This document shows, piece by piece, positions 63,373-64,000 of a stretch of DNA of 64,000 nucleotides. Numbering within the stretch: the stretch's first letter is position 1; every line of letters starts with the position of its first letter. The position numbers were made by a program, and so were the translations under genes. The stretch is taken from contig NC_043021.1 of NCBI RefSeq assembly GCF_006345805.1, positions 26,536,001 to 26,600,000 on the forward strand. Direction: 5' to 3'. The notes under the pieces are model-generated. The model ran no database searches and was not told the DNA's origin. It was given only the letters and a program-made list of their open reading frames with translations. The DNA is from Octopus sinensis (taxonomy: Eukaryota).

Positions 63373-64000
63373 CTATTATTTAACCTTTTCGTATTCAGAT
63401 TGCTTATTTGTCTTCATTGTTTTGAATCACTCATGCATTATTTTGTAGCTTTGAGATTTCAGTGATGCGTTTCTTTATTTCTAGAATGATATTGTAGGGT
63501 AGGTGTGAAAGGCTGGACCTGGTCAGTTTGAGCAGAATGAAACAGAATATTTTGGTTGGATATGGTCAGTTTAAATACAAAAGTGTTGAAGTTGCCTTGG
63601 TGCTTTTGCTGAACTAAATTCCATATTCATTCCTCTAGTTTCCTATTGTTTATCATTTGTAGTGTACAACTTAAGGTTATTCACTTATGAAACCTGGTCA
63701 ATTGTCCTTCTATAGCATTTGTACAGGGCTATAGGCTAAGTTTAGTTTTTTGGCTAAAACTGTTAATGTCAAGCAGAAAACATATAGAGAGAGGGAGTCT
63801 CTTAGAAATATTTGTATTCCAATAGAGATGGTATTTGGCAATTATAATTCCCACTTTCATTTGTATCTTCAGAATTGTTTGTCATTTATCCAGGAAGTAT
63901 TTTAATGGTCCTGCTTAATATTGCTGCTACCACACTTTAAGTAATGTTTCCACAATCCACAGACAGCGAACACAGTCAAAAGCATTCTACTAATCAATCC

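Overview
Eukaryotic, AT-rich, microsatellite-dense DNA. The repeat families look like those of an octopod cephalopod (Octopus); this is recognition from memory and was not checked against a database. I found no host protein-coding exon I can identify, and no rRNA, true tRNA gene or CRISPR array. Nearly all long ORFs in the track are translations of (TA)n/(CA)n microsatellites or decayed transposons. The window is mostly transposon-derived. It holds three tRNA-derived SINE-like families (my labels A, B, C), many RTE-type LINE 3' ends (label D), at least six RTE-group ORF2 fragments, one Penelope-like ORF fragment and one mariner transposase fragment. It also holds non-autonomous DNA elements (Tc1/mariner, Tc2-like, hAT, Merlin/hAT-like, MULE-like, piggyBac-like, Helitron/Helentron-like) and a ~5 kb (TA)-rich tract. 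Best leads: (1) five hammerhead-ribozyme-like motifs in Penelope-type repeats, one in a short element with a tRNA-like head and one with a non-canonical core inside a perfect 78-bp inverted repeat; (2) a covarying RNA structure in two RTE 5'UTR-like copies; (3) an RTE insertion with a twin-priming-type 5' inversion; (4) a spacerless ~290-bp palindrome; (5) a hierarchical ~310-bp tandem array on an RTE 3'UTR. Coordinates were counted by hand. SINE and LINE boundaries are approximate (about +/-10 bp).
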